Source of the DNA: the human T2T-CHM13v2.0 reference genome, Homo sapiens
DNA length: 64,000 nucleotides
Assembly: GCF_009914755.1 (NCBI RefSeq)
Contig: NC_060947.1
Direction: 5' to 3' (one strand)
The notes beneath the pieces were generated by a model that worked only from the letters and a program-made list of their open reading frames with translations, was not told where the DNA came from and did not search any database. Position numbers and translations under genes: made by a program. Every line of letters starts with the position of its first letter. Position 1 is the stretch's first letter. Positions 1 through 11,000 of this stretch are shown here, piece by piece.

Positions 1-111
1 GAAAGAGTGTTTCGAACCTGAACTCTCAAAGGCAGGTTCATCTCTGCGAGTTAAATGCATTCATCATGAAGAACTTTCTCAGAGTGTTTGTGTTTAGTTA
101 TGGGAAATTAT

Positions 112-128
112 TCCCGTTTCCAACGAAA
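112..128 (-). promoter_or_regulatory. CENP-B box, intact (recurs once per HOR)
   Basis: TCCCGTTTCCAACGAAA is the reverse complement of TTTCGTTGGAAACGGGA; all 9 core bases of nTTCGnnnnAnnCGGGn present. Confidence 0.92.
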
Positions 129-453
129 TCCTCAGGGAGCTCCAAATATCCACCTGCAGATTCTACCAAAAGTGTATTTGGAAACTGCTCCATCAAAAGG
201 CATGTTCAGCTCTGTGAGTGAAACTCCATCATCACAAAGAATATTCTGAGAATGCTTCCGTTTGCCTTTTATATGAACTTCCTTCCTGTACTACCGTAGG
301 CCTCAAAGCAGTCCAAATCTCCATTTGCAGATTCTACAAAAAGAGTGATTCCAATCTGCTCTATCAATAGGATTGTTCAACTCCATGAGTTGAATGCCAT
401 CCTCACAAAGTAGTTTCTGAGAATGCTTCTATCTGGTTTTTGTGTGAAGATAT

Positions 454-470
454 TTCCTTTTCCACCACAG
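454..470. other. A-type monomer box (pJalpha-like motif) at the CENP-B-box-equivalent position
   Basis: TTCCTTTTCCACCACAG resembles the A-box consensus TTCCTTTTYCACCRTAG; related motifs at ~283, 1134, 1305, 1660. Confidence 0.7.
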
Positions 471-624
471 GCCTCAAAGCCCTCCAAACGTCCACTTGCA
501 GATTCTCGAAAAAGAGTGTTTCATAGCTGCTCTTTCAAAAGGAAAGTTCAACTCTGGGAGTTGAATACAAACATCACAAAATAGTTTCCGAGAATGCTTC
601 TGTTTAGTTTTTATGTGAAGATGA

Positions 625-641
625 TCCCGTTTCCAGTGAAA
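625..641 (-). other. Degenerate CENP-B box (B-type monomer, core broken)
   Basis: TCCCGTTTCCAGTGAAA: core CGAA changed to TGAA in the 12-mer units read. Confidence 0.8.
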
Positions 642-795
642 TCTTCAAAGAGGTCCACATATCCCCTTGCAGATTCCAAAGAAAGAGGGTTTCAAAACTG
701 CTCCATCAAAAGGATTGTTCAACTCTGTGAGTTGAATGCAGTCATCGCAGAAAACTTTCTGAGAATGCTTCTGTCTAGGTTTGATGTGAAGATAT

Positions 796-812
796 AGACG
801 TTTCAAACGAAG
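796..812 (-). other. Degenerate CENP-B box (B-type monomer, core broken)
   Basis: AGACGTTTCAAACGAAG: core CCCG changed to GACG. Confidence 0.8.
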
Positions 813-962
813 GCTACAAAGTGGTCAAAATATACACTTGCAGATTCTACTACAAGGGTGTTGCAAACCTGAACTATCAAAGGAAGGTTCAACTCTGTGA
901 GTTGAATACAAACATCACAAAGAATGTTCTGAGTTTGCTTCCGTTCAGTTATGGGAAGTTGA

Positions 963-979
963 TCCCGTTTCCAGCGAAA
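963..979 (-). promoter_or_regulatory. CENP-B box, intact core (recurs once per HOR)
   Basis: TCCCGTTTCCAGCGAAA here, TCCCGTTTCCAACGAAA in most units; the 9 core bases are retained. Confidence 0.88.
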
Positions 980-1473
980 TCCTCAGAGAGGTCCAAATAT
1001 CCCCTTGCAGATTCTACAAAACGTGTGTTTGGAAACTGCTCCATCATAACGAATGTTCAGCTCCCTGAGTTAAACTCCATCGTCACAAAGAATTTTCTGA
1101 GAGTGCTACCGTCTGGTTTTTATATGAAGTTCTTTCCTTTACTACCATAGGCCTCAAAGCGGTCCAAATCTCCACTTGCAGATTCTACAAAAAGAGTGTT
1201 TGCAAACTGCTCTATCAAAAGGAATGTTCAACCCTGGGAGTTGAATGCAATCATCACAGAGCAGTTTCTGAGAATGCTTCTATGTCGTTTTTAGGAGAAG
1301 ATATTTCCTTTTCCAACACAGTCCTCCACGCCCGCTAAATATCCACTTGCACATTGTAGAAAAAGTGTGTCAAAGCTGCGCTATCAAAGGGAAAGTTCAA
1401 CTCTGTGAGGTGAATGCAAACATCCCAAAGAAGTTTCTGAGAATGCTTCCGTTTAGCTTTTAGGTGAAGATTA

Positions 1474-1490
1474 TCCCGTTTCCAACGAAA
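1474..1490 (-). promoter_or_regulatory. CENP-B box, intact (recurs once per HOR)
   Basis: TCCCGTTTCCAACGAAA, perfect match to the canonical box. Confidence 0.92.
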
Positions 1491-1643
1491 CCTTCAAAGA
1501 GGTCCAAATATCCCCTTGCGGATCCCACAGAAAGAGTGTTTCGAAACTGCTGTTTCAAAAGGAATCTTCAACTCTGTGAGTTGAATGCAATCATCACAAA
1601 GAAGTTTCTGACAATGCTTCTCTCTCGTCTTTCTGTGAAGATA

Positions 1644-1686
1644 AAGGAAAAGGCTTTCAGGCCTTTTCCACCACAGGCCTGAAAGC
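1644..1686. repeat. Insertion in the 186-bp monomer with two overlapping perfect inverted repeats (once per HOR)
   Basis: GGAAAAGGC (1646-1654) pairs with GCCTTTTCC (1661-1669); GCTTTCAGGCCT (1653-1664) pairs with AGGCCTGAAAGC (1675-1686). Confidence 0.88.
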
Positions 1687-1830
1687 GCTCCAAATGTCCA
1701 CTTGCAGATTCTGTGAAAAGAATATTGCAAAACTGCTCTATGAAAAGCAATGTTAAACTCTGTGGCTCGAACACAAACATCACAAAGCAGTTTCTGAGAA
1801 TGCTTCAGTTTAGTTTTTCTGTGGAAATAT

Positions 1831-1847
1831 TCCCGTTTCCAAAGAAA
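1831..1847 (-). other. Degenerate CENP-B box (B-type monomer, core broken)
   Basis: TCCCGTTTCCAAAGAAA: core CGAA changed to AGAA. Confidence 0.8.
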
Positions 1848-2001
1848 TCTTCAAAGAGGTCCACGTGTCCACTTACAGATTCTACAAAAAGACAGTTTCA
1901 AAACTGCTCCATCAAAAGGAGGGTTCAACTGTGTGACTTGAATGCAATCATCACTCAGAAGTTTCTGAGAATGCTTCTCTTTAGTTTTTACGTGAACATA
2001 T

Positions 2002-2018
2002 ACCCGTTTCGAACGAAG
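2002..2018 (-). promoter_or_regulatory. CENP-B box, intact core (recurs once per HOR)
   Basis: ACCCGTTTCGAACGAAG retains nCCCGnnTnnnnCGAAn. Confidence 0.85.
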
Positions 2019-5000
2019 GCCACCCAGTGGTCCAAATATCCACTTGCAGATTCTACAGAAAGAGTGTTTCGAACCTGAACTCTCAAAGGCAGGTTCATCT
2101 CTGCGAGTTAAATGCATTCATAATGAAGAACTTTCTCAGAGTGTTTGTGTTTAGTTATGGGAAATTATTCCCGTTTCCAACGAAATCCTCAGAGAGCTCC
2201 AAATATCCACCTGCAGATTCTACCAAAAGCGTATTTGGAAACTGCTCCATCAAAAGGCATGTTCAGCTCTGTGAGTGAAACTCCATCATCACAAAGAATA
2301 TTCTGAGAATGCTTCCGTTTGCCTTTTATATGAAGTTCCTTCCTGTACTACCGTAGGCCTCAAAGCAGTCCAAATCTCCATTTGCAGATTCTACAAAAAG
2401 AGTGATTCCAATCTGCTCTATCAATAGGATTGTTCAACTCCATGAGTTGAATGCCATCCTCACAAAGTAGTTTCTGAGAATGCTTCTATCTGGTTTTTGT
2501 GTGAAGATGTTTCCTTTTCCACCACAGGCCTCAAAGCCCTCCAAACGTCCACTTGCAGATTCTCGAAAAAGAGTGTTTCATAGCTGCTCTTTCAAAAGGA
2601 AAGTTCAACTCTGGGAGTTGAATACAAACATCACAAAGTAGTTTCCGAGAATGCTTCTGTTTAGTTTTTATGTGAAGATGATCCCGTTTCCAGTGAAATC
2701 TTCAAAGAGGTCCACATATCCCCTTGCAGATTCCAAAGAAAGAGGGTTTCAAAACTGCTCCATCAGAAGGATTGTTCAACTCTGTGAGTTGAATGCAGTC
2801 ATCGCAGAAAACTTTCTGAGAATGCTTCTGTCTAGGTTTGATGTGAAGATATAGACGTTTCAAACGAAGGCTACAAAGTGGTCAAAATATACACTTGCAG
2901 ATTCTACTACAAGGGTGTTACAAACCTGAACTATCAAAGGATGGTTCAACTCTGTGAGTTGAATACAAACATCACAAAGAATGTTCTGAGTTTGCTTCCG
3001 TTCAGTTATGGGAAGTTGATCCCGTTTCCAACGAAATCCTCAGAGAGGTCCAAATATCCCCTCGCAGATTCTACAAAACGTGTGTTTGGAAACTGCTCCA
3101 TCATAACGAATGTTCAGCTCCCTGAGTTAAACTCCATCGTCACAAAGAATTTTCTGAGAGTGCTACCGTCTGGTTTTTATATGAAGTTCTTTCCTTCACT
3201 ACCACAGGCCTCAAAGCGGTCCAAATCTCCACTTGCAGATTCTACAAAAAGAGTGTTTGCAAACTGCTCTATCAAAAGGAATGTTCAACTCTGGGAGTTG
3301 AATGCAATCATCACAGAGCAGTTTCTGAGAATGCTTCTATGTCGTTTTTAGGAGAAGATATTTCCTTTTCCAACACAGTCCTCCAAGCCCGCTAAATAGC
3401 CACTTGCACATTGTAGAAAAAGTGTGTCAAAGCTGCGCTATCAAAGGGAAAGTTCAACTCTGTGAGGTGAATGCAAACATCCCAAAGAAGTTTCTGAGAA
3501 TGCTTCCGTTTAGCTTTTAGGTGAAGATTATCCCGTTTCCAACGAAACCTTCAAAGAGGTCCAAATATCCCCTTGCGGATCCCACAGAAAGAGTGTTTCG
3601 AAACTGCTGTTTCAAAAGGAAAATCAACTCTGTGAGTTGAATGCAATCATCACAAAGAAGTTTCTGACAATGCTTCTCTCTCGTCTTTCTGTGAAGATAA
3701 AGGAAAAGGCTTTCAGGCCTTTTCCACCACAGGCCTGAAAGCGCTCCAAATGTCCACTTGCAGATTCTGCCAAAAGAATATTTCAAAACTGCTCTATGAA
3801 AAGCAATGTTAAACTCTGTGGCTCGAACACAAACATCACAAAGCGGTTTCTGAGAATGCTTCAGTTTAGTTTTTCTGTGGAAATATTCCCGTTTCCAAAG
3901 AAATCTTCAAAGAGGTCCACGTATCCACTTACAGATTCTACAAAAAGACAGTTTCAAAACTGCTCCATCAAAAGGAGGGTTCAACTGTGTGACTTGAATG
4001 CAATCATCACTCAGAAGTTTCTGAGAATGCTTCTCTTTAGTTTTTACGTGAACATATACCCGTTTCGAACGAAGGCCAGCCAGTGGTCCAAATATCCACT
4101 TGCAGATTCTACAGAAAGAGTGTTTCGAACCTGAACTCTCAAAGGCAGGTTCATCTCTGCGAGTTAAATGCATTCATCATGAAGAACTTTCTCAGAGTGT
4201 TTGTGTTTAGTTATGGGAAATTATTCCCGTTTCCAACGAAATCCTCAGAGAGCTCCAAATATCCACCTGCAGATTCTACCAAAAGTGTATTTGGAAACTG
4301 CTCCATCAAAAGGCATGTTCAGCTCTGTGAGTGAAACTCCATCATCACAAAGAATATTCTGAGAATGCTTCCGTTTGCCTTTTATATGAAGTTCCTTCCT
4401 ATACGACCGTAGGCCTCAAAGCAGTCCAAATCTCCATTTGCAGATTCTACAAAAAGAGTGATTCCAATCTGCTCTATCAATAGGATTGTTCAACTCCATG
4501 AGTTGAATGCCATCCTCACAAAGTAGTTTCTGAGAATGCTTCTATCTGGTTTTTGTGTGAAGATATTTCCTTTACCACCACAGGCCTCAAAGCCCTCCAA
4601 ACGACCACTTGCAGATTCTCGAAAAAGAGTGTTTCATAGCTGCTCTTTCAAAAGGAAAGTTCAACTCTGGGAGTTGAATACAAACATCACAAAATAGTTT
4701 CCGAGAATGCTTCTGTTTAGTTTTTATGTGAAGATGATCCCGTTTCCAGTGAAATCTTCAAAGAGGTCCACATATCCCCTTGCAGATTCCAAAGAAAGAG
4801 GGTTTCAAAACTGCTCCATCAAAAGGATTCTTCAACTCTGTGAGTTGAATGCAGTCATCGCAGAAAACTTTCTGAGAATGCTTCTGTCTAGGTTTGATGT
4901 GAAGATATAGACGTTTCAAACGAAGGCTACAAAGTGGTCAAAATATACACTTGCAGATTCTACTACAAGGGTGTTGCAAACCTGAACTATCAAAGGAAGG

Positions 5001-8000
5001 TTCAACTCTGTGAGTTGAATACAAACATCACAAAGAATGTTCTGAGTTTGCTTCCGTTCAGTTATGGGAAGTTGATCCCGTTTCCAACGAAATCCTCAGA
5101 GAGGTCCAAATATCCCCTTGCAGATTCTACAAAACGTGTGTTTGGAAACTGCTCCATCATAACGAATGTTCAGCTCCCTGAGTTAAACTCCATCGTCACA
5201 AAGAATTTTCTGAGAGTGCTACCGTCTGGTTTTTATATGAAGTTCTTTCCTTCACTACCACAGGCCTCAAAGCGGTCCAAATCTCCACTTGCAGATTCTA
5301 CAAAAAGAGTGTTTGCAAACTGCTCTATCAAAAGGAATGTTCAACTCTGGGAGTTGAATGCAATCATCACAGAGCAGTTTCTGAGAATGCTTCTATGTCG
5401 TTTTTAGGAGAAGATATTTCCTTTTCCAACACAGTCCTCCTAGCCCGCTAAATAGCCACTTGCACATTGTAGAAAAAGTGTGTCAAAGCTGCGCTATCAA
5501 AGGGAAAGTTCAACTCTGTGAGGTGAATGCAAACATCCCAAAGAAGTTTCTGAGAATGCTTCCGTTTAGCTTTTAGGTGAAGATTATCCCGTTTCCAACG
5601 AAACCTTCAAAGAGGTCCAAATATCCCCTTGCGGATCACACAGAAAGAGTGTTTCGAAACTGCTGTTTCAAAAGGAATCTTCAACTCTGTGAGTTGAATG
5701 CAATCATCACAAAGAAGTTTCTGACAATGCTTCTCTCTCGTCTTTCTGTGAAGATAAAGGAAAAGGCTTTCAGGCCTTTTCCACCACAGGCCTGAAAGCG
5801 CTCCAAATGTCCACTTGCAGATTCTGTGAAAAGAATATTGCAAAACTGCTCTATGAAAAGCAATGTTAAACTCTGTGGCTCGAACACAAACATCACAAAG
5901 CAGTTTCTGAGAATGCTTCAGTTTAGTTTTTCTGTGGAAATATTCCCGTTTCCAAAGAAATCTTCAAAGAGGTCCACGTGTCCACTTACAGATTCTACAA
6001 AAAGACAGTTTCAAAACTGCTCCATCAAAAGGAGGGTTCAACTGTGTGACTTGAATGCAATCATCACTCAGAAGTTTCTGAGAATGCTTCTCTTTAGTTT
6101 TTACGTGAACATATACCCGTTTCGAACGAAGGCCACCCAGTGGTCCAAATATCCACTTGCAGATTCTACAGAAAGAGTGTTTCAAACCTGAACTCTCAAA
6201 GGCAGGTTCATCTCTGCGAGTTAAATGCATTCATCATGAAGAACTTTCTCAGAGTGTTTGTGTTTAGTTATGGGAAATTATTCCCGTTTCCAACGAAATC
6301 CTCAGAGAGCTCCAAATATCCACCTGCAGATTCTACCAAAAGCGTATTTGGAAACTGCTCCATCAAAAGGCATGTTCAGCTCTGTGAGTGAAACTCCATC
6401 ATCACAAAGAATATTCTGAGAATGCTTCCGTTTGCCTTTTATATGAAGTTCCTTCCTGTACTACCGTAGGCCTCAAAGCAGTCCAAATCTCCATTTGCAG
6501 ATTCTACAAAAAGAGTGATTCCAATCTGCTCTATCAATAGGATTGTTCAACTCCATGAGTTGAATGCCATCCTCACAAAGTAGTTTCTGAGAATGCTTCT
6601 ATCTGGTTTTTGTGTGAAGATATTTCCTTTTCCACCACAGGCCTCAAAGCCCTCCAAACGTCCACTTGCAGATTCTCGAAAAAGAGTGTTTCATAGCTGC
6701 TCTTTCAAAAGGAAAGTTCAACTCTGGGAGTTGAATACAAACATCACAAAGTAGTTTCCGAGAATGCTTCTGTTTAGTTTTTATGTGAAGATGATCCCGT
6801 TTCCAGTGAAATCTTCAAAGAGGTCCACATATCCCCTTGCAGATTCCAAAGAAAGAGGGTTTCAAAACTGCTCCATCAGAAGGATTGTTCAACTCTGTGA
6901 GTTGAATGCAGTCATCGCAGAAAACTTTCTGAGAATGCTTCTGTCTAGGTTTGATGTGAAGATATAGACGTTTCAAACGAAGGCTACAAAGTGGTCAAAA
7001 TATACACTTGCAGATTCTACTACAAGGGTGTTACAAACCTGAACTATCAAAGGATGGTTCAACTCTGTGAGTTGAATACAAACATCACAAAGAATGTTCT
7101 GAGTTTGCTTCCGTTCAGTTATGGGAAGTTGATCCCGTTTCCAACGAAATCCTCAGAGAGGTCCAAATATCCCCTCGCAGATTCTACAAAACGTGTGTTT
7201 GGAAACTGCTCCATCATAACGAATGTTCAGCTCCCTGAGTTAAACTCCATCGTCACAAAGAATTTTCTGAGAGTGCTACCGTCTGGTTTTTATATGAAGT
7301 TCTTTCCTTCACTACCACAGGCCTCAAAGCGGTCCAAATCTCCACTTGCAGATTCTACAAAAAGAGTGTTTGCAAACTGCTCTATCAAAAGGAATGTTCA
7401 ACTCTGGGAGTTGAATGCAATCATCACAGAGCAGTTTCTGAGAATGCTTCTATGTCGTTTTTAGGAGAAGATATTTCCTTTTCCAACACAGTCCTCCAAG
7501 CCCGCTAAATAGCCACTTGCACATTGTAGAAAAAGTGTGTCAAAGCTGCGCTATCAAAGGGAAAGTTCAACTCTGTGAGGTGAATGCAAACATCCCAAAG
7601 AAGTTTCTGAGAATGCTTCCGTTTAGCTTTTAGGTGAAGATTATCCCGTTTCCAACGAAACCTTCAAAGAGGTCCAAATATCCCCTTGCGGATCCCACAG
7701 AAAGAGTGTTTCGAAACTGCTGTTTCAAAAGGAAAATCAACTCTGTGAGTTGAATGCAATCATCACAAAGAAGTTTCTGACAATGCTTCTCTCTCGTCTT
7801 TCTGTGAAGATAAAGGAAAAGGCTTTCAGGCCTTTTCCACCACAGGCCTGAAAGCGCTCCAAATGTCCACTTGCAGATTCTGCCAAAAGAATATTTCAAA
7901 ACTGCTCTATGAAAAGCAATGTTAAACTCTGTGGCTCGAACACAAACATCACAAAGCGGTTTCTGAGAATGCTTCAGTTTAGTTTTTCTGTGGAAATATT

Positions 8001-11000
8001 CCCGTTTCCAAAGAAATCTTCAAAGAGGTCCACGTATCCACTTACAGATTCTACAAAAAGACAGTTTCAAAACTGCTCCATCAAAAGGAGGGTTCAACTG
8101 TGTGACTTGAATGCAATCATCACTCAGAAGTTTCTGAGAATGCTTCTCTTTAGTTTTTACGTGAACATATACCCGTTTCGAACGAAGGCCAGCCAGTGGT
8201 CCAAATATCCACTTGCAGATTCTACAGAAAGAGTGTTTCGAACCTGAACTCTCAAAGGCAGGTTCATCTCTGCGAGTTAAATGCATTCATCATGAAGAAC
8301 TTTCTCAGAGTGTTTGTGTTTAGTTATGGGAAATTATTCCCGTTTCCAACGAAATCCTCAGAGAGCTCCAAATATCCACCTGCAGATTCTACCAAAAGTG
8401 TATTTGGAAACTGCTCCATCAAAAGGCATGTTCAGCTCTGTGAGTGAAACTCCATCATCACAAAGAATATTCTGAGAATGCTTCCGTTTGCCTTTTATAT
8501 GAAGTTCCTTCCTATACGACCGTAGGCCTCAAAGCAGTCCAAATCTCCATTTGCAGATTCTACAAAAAGAGTGATTCCAATCTGCTCTATCAATAGGATT
8601 GTTCAACTCCATGAGTTGAATGCCATCCTCACAAAGTAGTTTCTGAGAATGCTTCTATCTGGTTTTTGTGTGAAGATATTTCCTTTACCACCACAGGCCT
8701 CAAAGCCCTCCAAACGACCACTTGCAGATTCTCGAAAAAGAGTGTTTCATAGCTGCTCTTTCAAAAGGAAAGTTCAACTCTGGGAGTTGAATACAAACAT
8801 CACAAAATAGTTTCCGAGAATGCTTCTGTTTAGTTTTTATGTGAAGATGATCCCGTTTCCAGTGAAATCTTCAAAGAGGTCCACATATCCCCTTGCAGAT
8901 TCCAAAGAAAGAGGGTTTCAAAACTGCTCCATCAGAAGGATTGTTCAACTCTGTGAGTTGAATGCAGTCATCGCAGAAAACTTTCTGAGAATGCTTCTGT
9001 CTAGGTTTGATGTGAAGATATAGACGCTTCAAACGAAGGCTACAAAGTGGTCAAAATATACACTTGCAGATTCTACTACAAGGGTGTTACAAACCTGAAC
9101 TATCAAAGGATGGTTCAACTCTGTGAGTTGAATACAAACATCACAAAGAATGTTCTGAGTTTGCTTCCGTTCAGTTATGGGAAGTTGATCCTGTTTCCAA
9201 CGAAATCCTCAGAGAGGTCCAAATATCCCCTCGCAGATTCTACAAAACGTGTGTTTGGAAACTGCTCCATCATAACGAATGTTCAGCTCCCTGAGTTAAA
9301 CTCCATCGTCACAAAGAATTTTCTGAGAGTGCTACCGTCTGGTTTTTATATGAAGTTCTTTCCTTCACTACCACAGGCCTCAAAGCGGTCCAAATCTCCA
9401 CTTGCAGATTCTACAAAAAGAGTGTTTGCAAACTGCTCTATCAAAAGGAATGTTCAACTCTGGGAGTTGAATGCAATCATCACAGAGCAGTTTCTGAGAA
9501 TGCTTCTATGTCGTTTTTAGGAGAAGATATTTCCTTTTCCAACACAGTCCTCCAAGCCCGCTAAATAGCCACTTGCACATTGTAGAAAAAGTGTGTCAAA
9601 GCTGCGCTATCAAAGGGAAAGTTGAACTCTGTGAGGTGAATGCAAACATCCCAAAGAAGTTTCTGAGAATGCTTCCGTTTAGCTTTTAGGTGAAGATTAT
9701 CCCGTTTCCAACGAAACCTTAAAAGAGGTCCAAATATCCCCTTGCGGATCCCACAGAAAGAGTGTTTCGAAACTGCTGTTTCAAAAGGAATCTTCAACTC
9801 TGTGAGTTGAATGCAATCATCACAAAGAAGTTTCTGACAATGCTTCTCTCTCGTCTTTCTGTGAAGATAAAGGAAAAGGCTTTCAGGCCTTTTCCACCAC
9901 AGGCCTGAAAGCGCTCCAAATGTCCACTTGCAGATTCTGCGAAAAGAATATTTCAAAACTGCTCTATGAAAAGCAATGTTAAACTCTGGCTCGAACACAA
10001 ACATCACAAAGCAGTTTCTGAGAATGCTTCAGTTTAGTTTTTCTGTGGAAATATTCCCGTTTCCAAAGAAATCTTCAAAGAGGTCCACGTATCCACTTAC
10101 AGATTCTACAAAAAGACAGTTTCAAAACTGCTCCATCAAAAGGAGGGTTCAACTGTGTGACTTGAATGCAATCATCACTCAGAAGTTTCTGAGAATGCTT
10201 CTCTTTAGTTTTTACGTGAACATATACCCGTTTCGAACGAAGGCCACCCAGTGGTCCAAATATCCACTTGCAGATTCTACAGAAAGAGTGTTTCGAACCT
10301 GAACTCTCAAAGGCAGGTTCATCTCTGCGAGTTAAATGCATTCATCATGAAGAACTTTCTCAGAGTGTTTGTGTTTAGTTATGGGAAATTATTCCCGTTT
10401 CCAACGAAATCCTCAGAGAGCTCCAAATATCCACCTGCAGATTCTACCAAAAGTGTATTTGGAAACTGCTCCATCAAAAGGCATGTTCAGCTCTGTGAGT
10501 GAAACTCCATCATCACAAAGAATATTCTGAGAATGCTTCCGTTTGCCTTTTATATGAAGTTCCTTCCTATACGACCGTAGGCCTCAAAGCAGTCCAAATC
10601 TCCATTTGCAGATTCTACAAAAAGAGTGATTCCAATCTGCTCTATCAATAGGATTGTTCAACTCCATGAGTTGAATGCCATCCTCACAAAGTAGTTTCTG
10701 AGAATGCTTCTATCTGGTTTTTGTGTGAAGATATTTCCTTTACCACCACAGGCCTCAAAGCCCTCCAAACGACCACTTGCAGATTCTCGAAAAAGAGTGT
10801 TTCATAGCTGCTCTTTCAAAAGGAAAGTTCAACTCTGGGAGTTGAATACAAACATCACAAAATAGTTTCCGAGAATGCTTCTGTTTAGTTTTTATGTGAA
10901 GATGATCCCGTTTCCAGTGAAATCTTCAAAGAGGTCCACATATCCCCTTGCAGATTCCAAAGAAAGAGGGTTTCAAAACTGCTCCATCAAAAGGATTCTT

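Larger units (their letters stand above)
1520..3576 (-). repeat. Representative full 12-mer HOR unit (BamHI to BamHI, 2057 bp)
   Basis: GGATCC at 1520 and 3577. Box-position spacing across one HOR (112,283,454,625,796,963,1134,1305,1474,1660,1831,2002,2169) gives monomers of 171,171,171,171,167,171,171,169,186,171,171,167 = 2057. B-type/A-type order B A A B B B A A B A B B, with an 851-bp pentamer sub-period. Confidence 0.93.
1700..8900 (-). repeat. HOR-dimer tandem duplication, period 4113 bp (approximate bounds)
   Basis: Private variants recur at +4113: CTGTGAAAAGAATATTG (1711/5824), GGAAAATCAAC (3618/7731), CTTTACCACC and AACGACCAC (~4570-4605/~8683-8718). Confidence 0.85.

Noticed and set aside
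1646-1669. Hairpin as a rho-independent terminator or RNA gene
   Set aside because: Eukaryotic satellite context, no upstream gene and no separate U-tract; kept only as a DNA inverted repeat.
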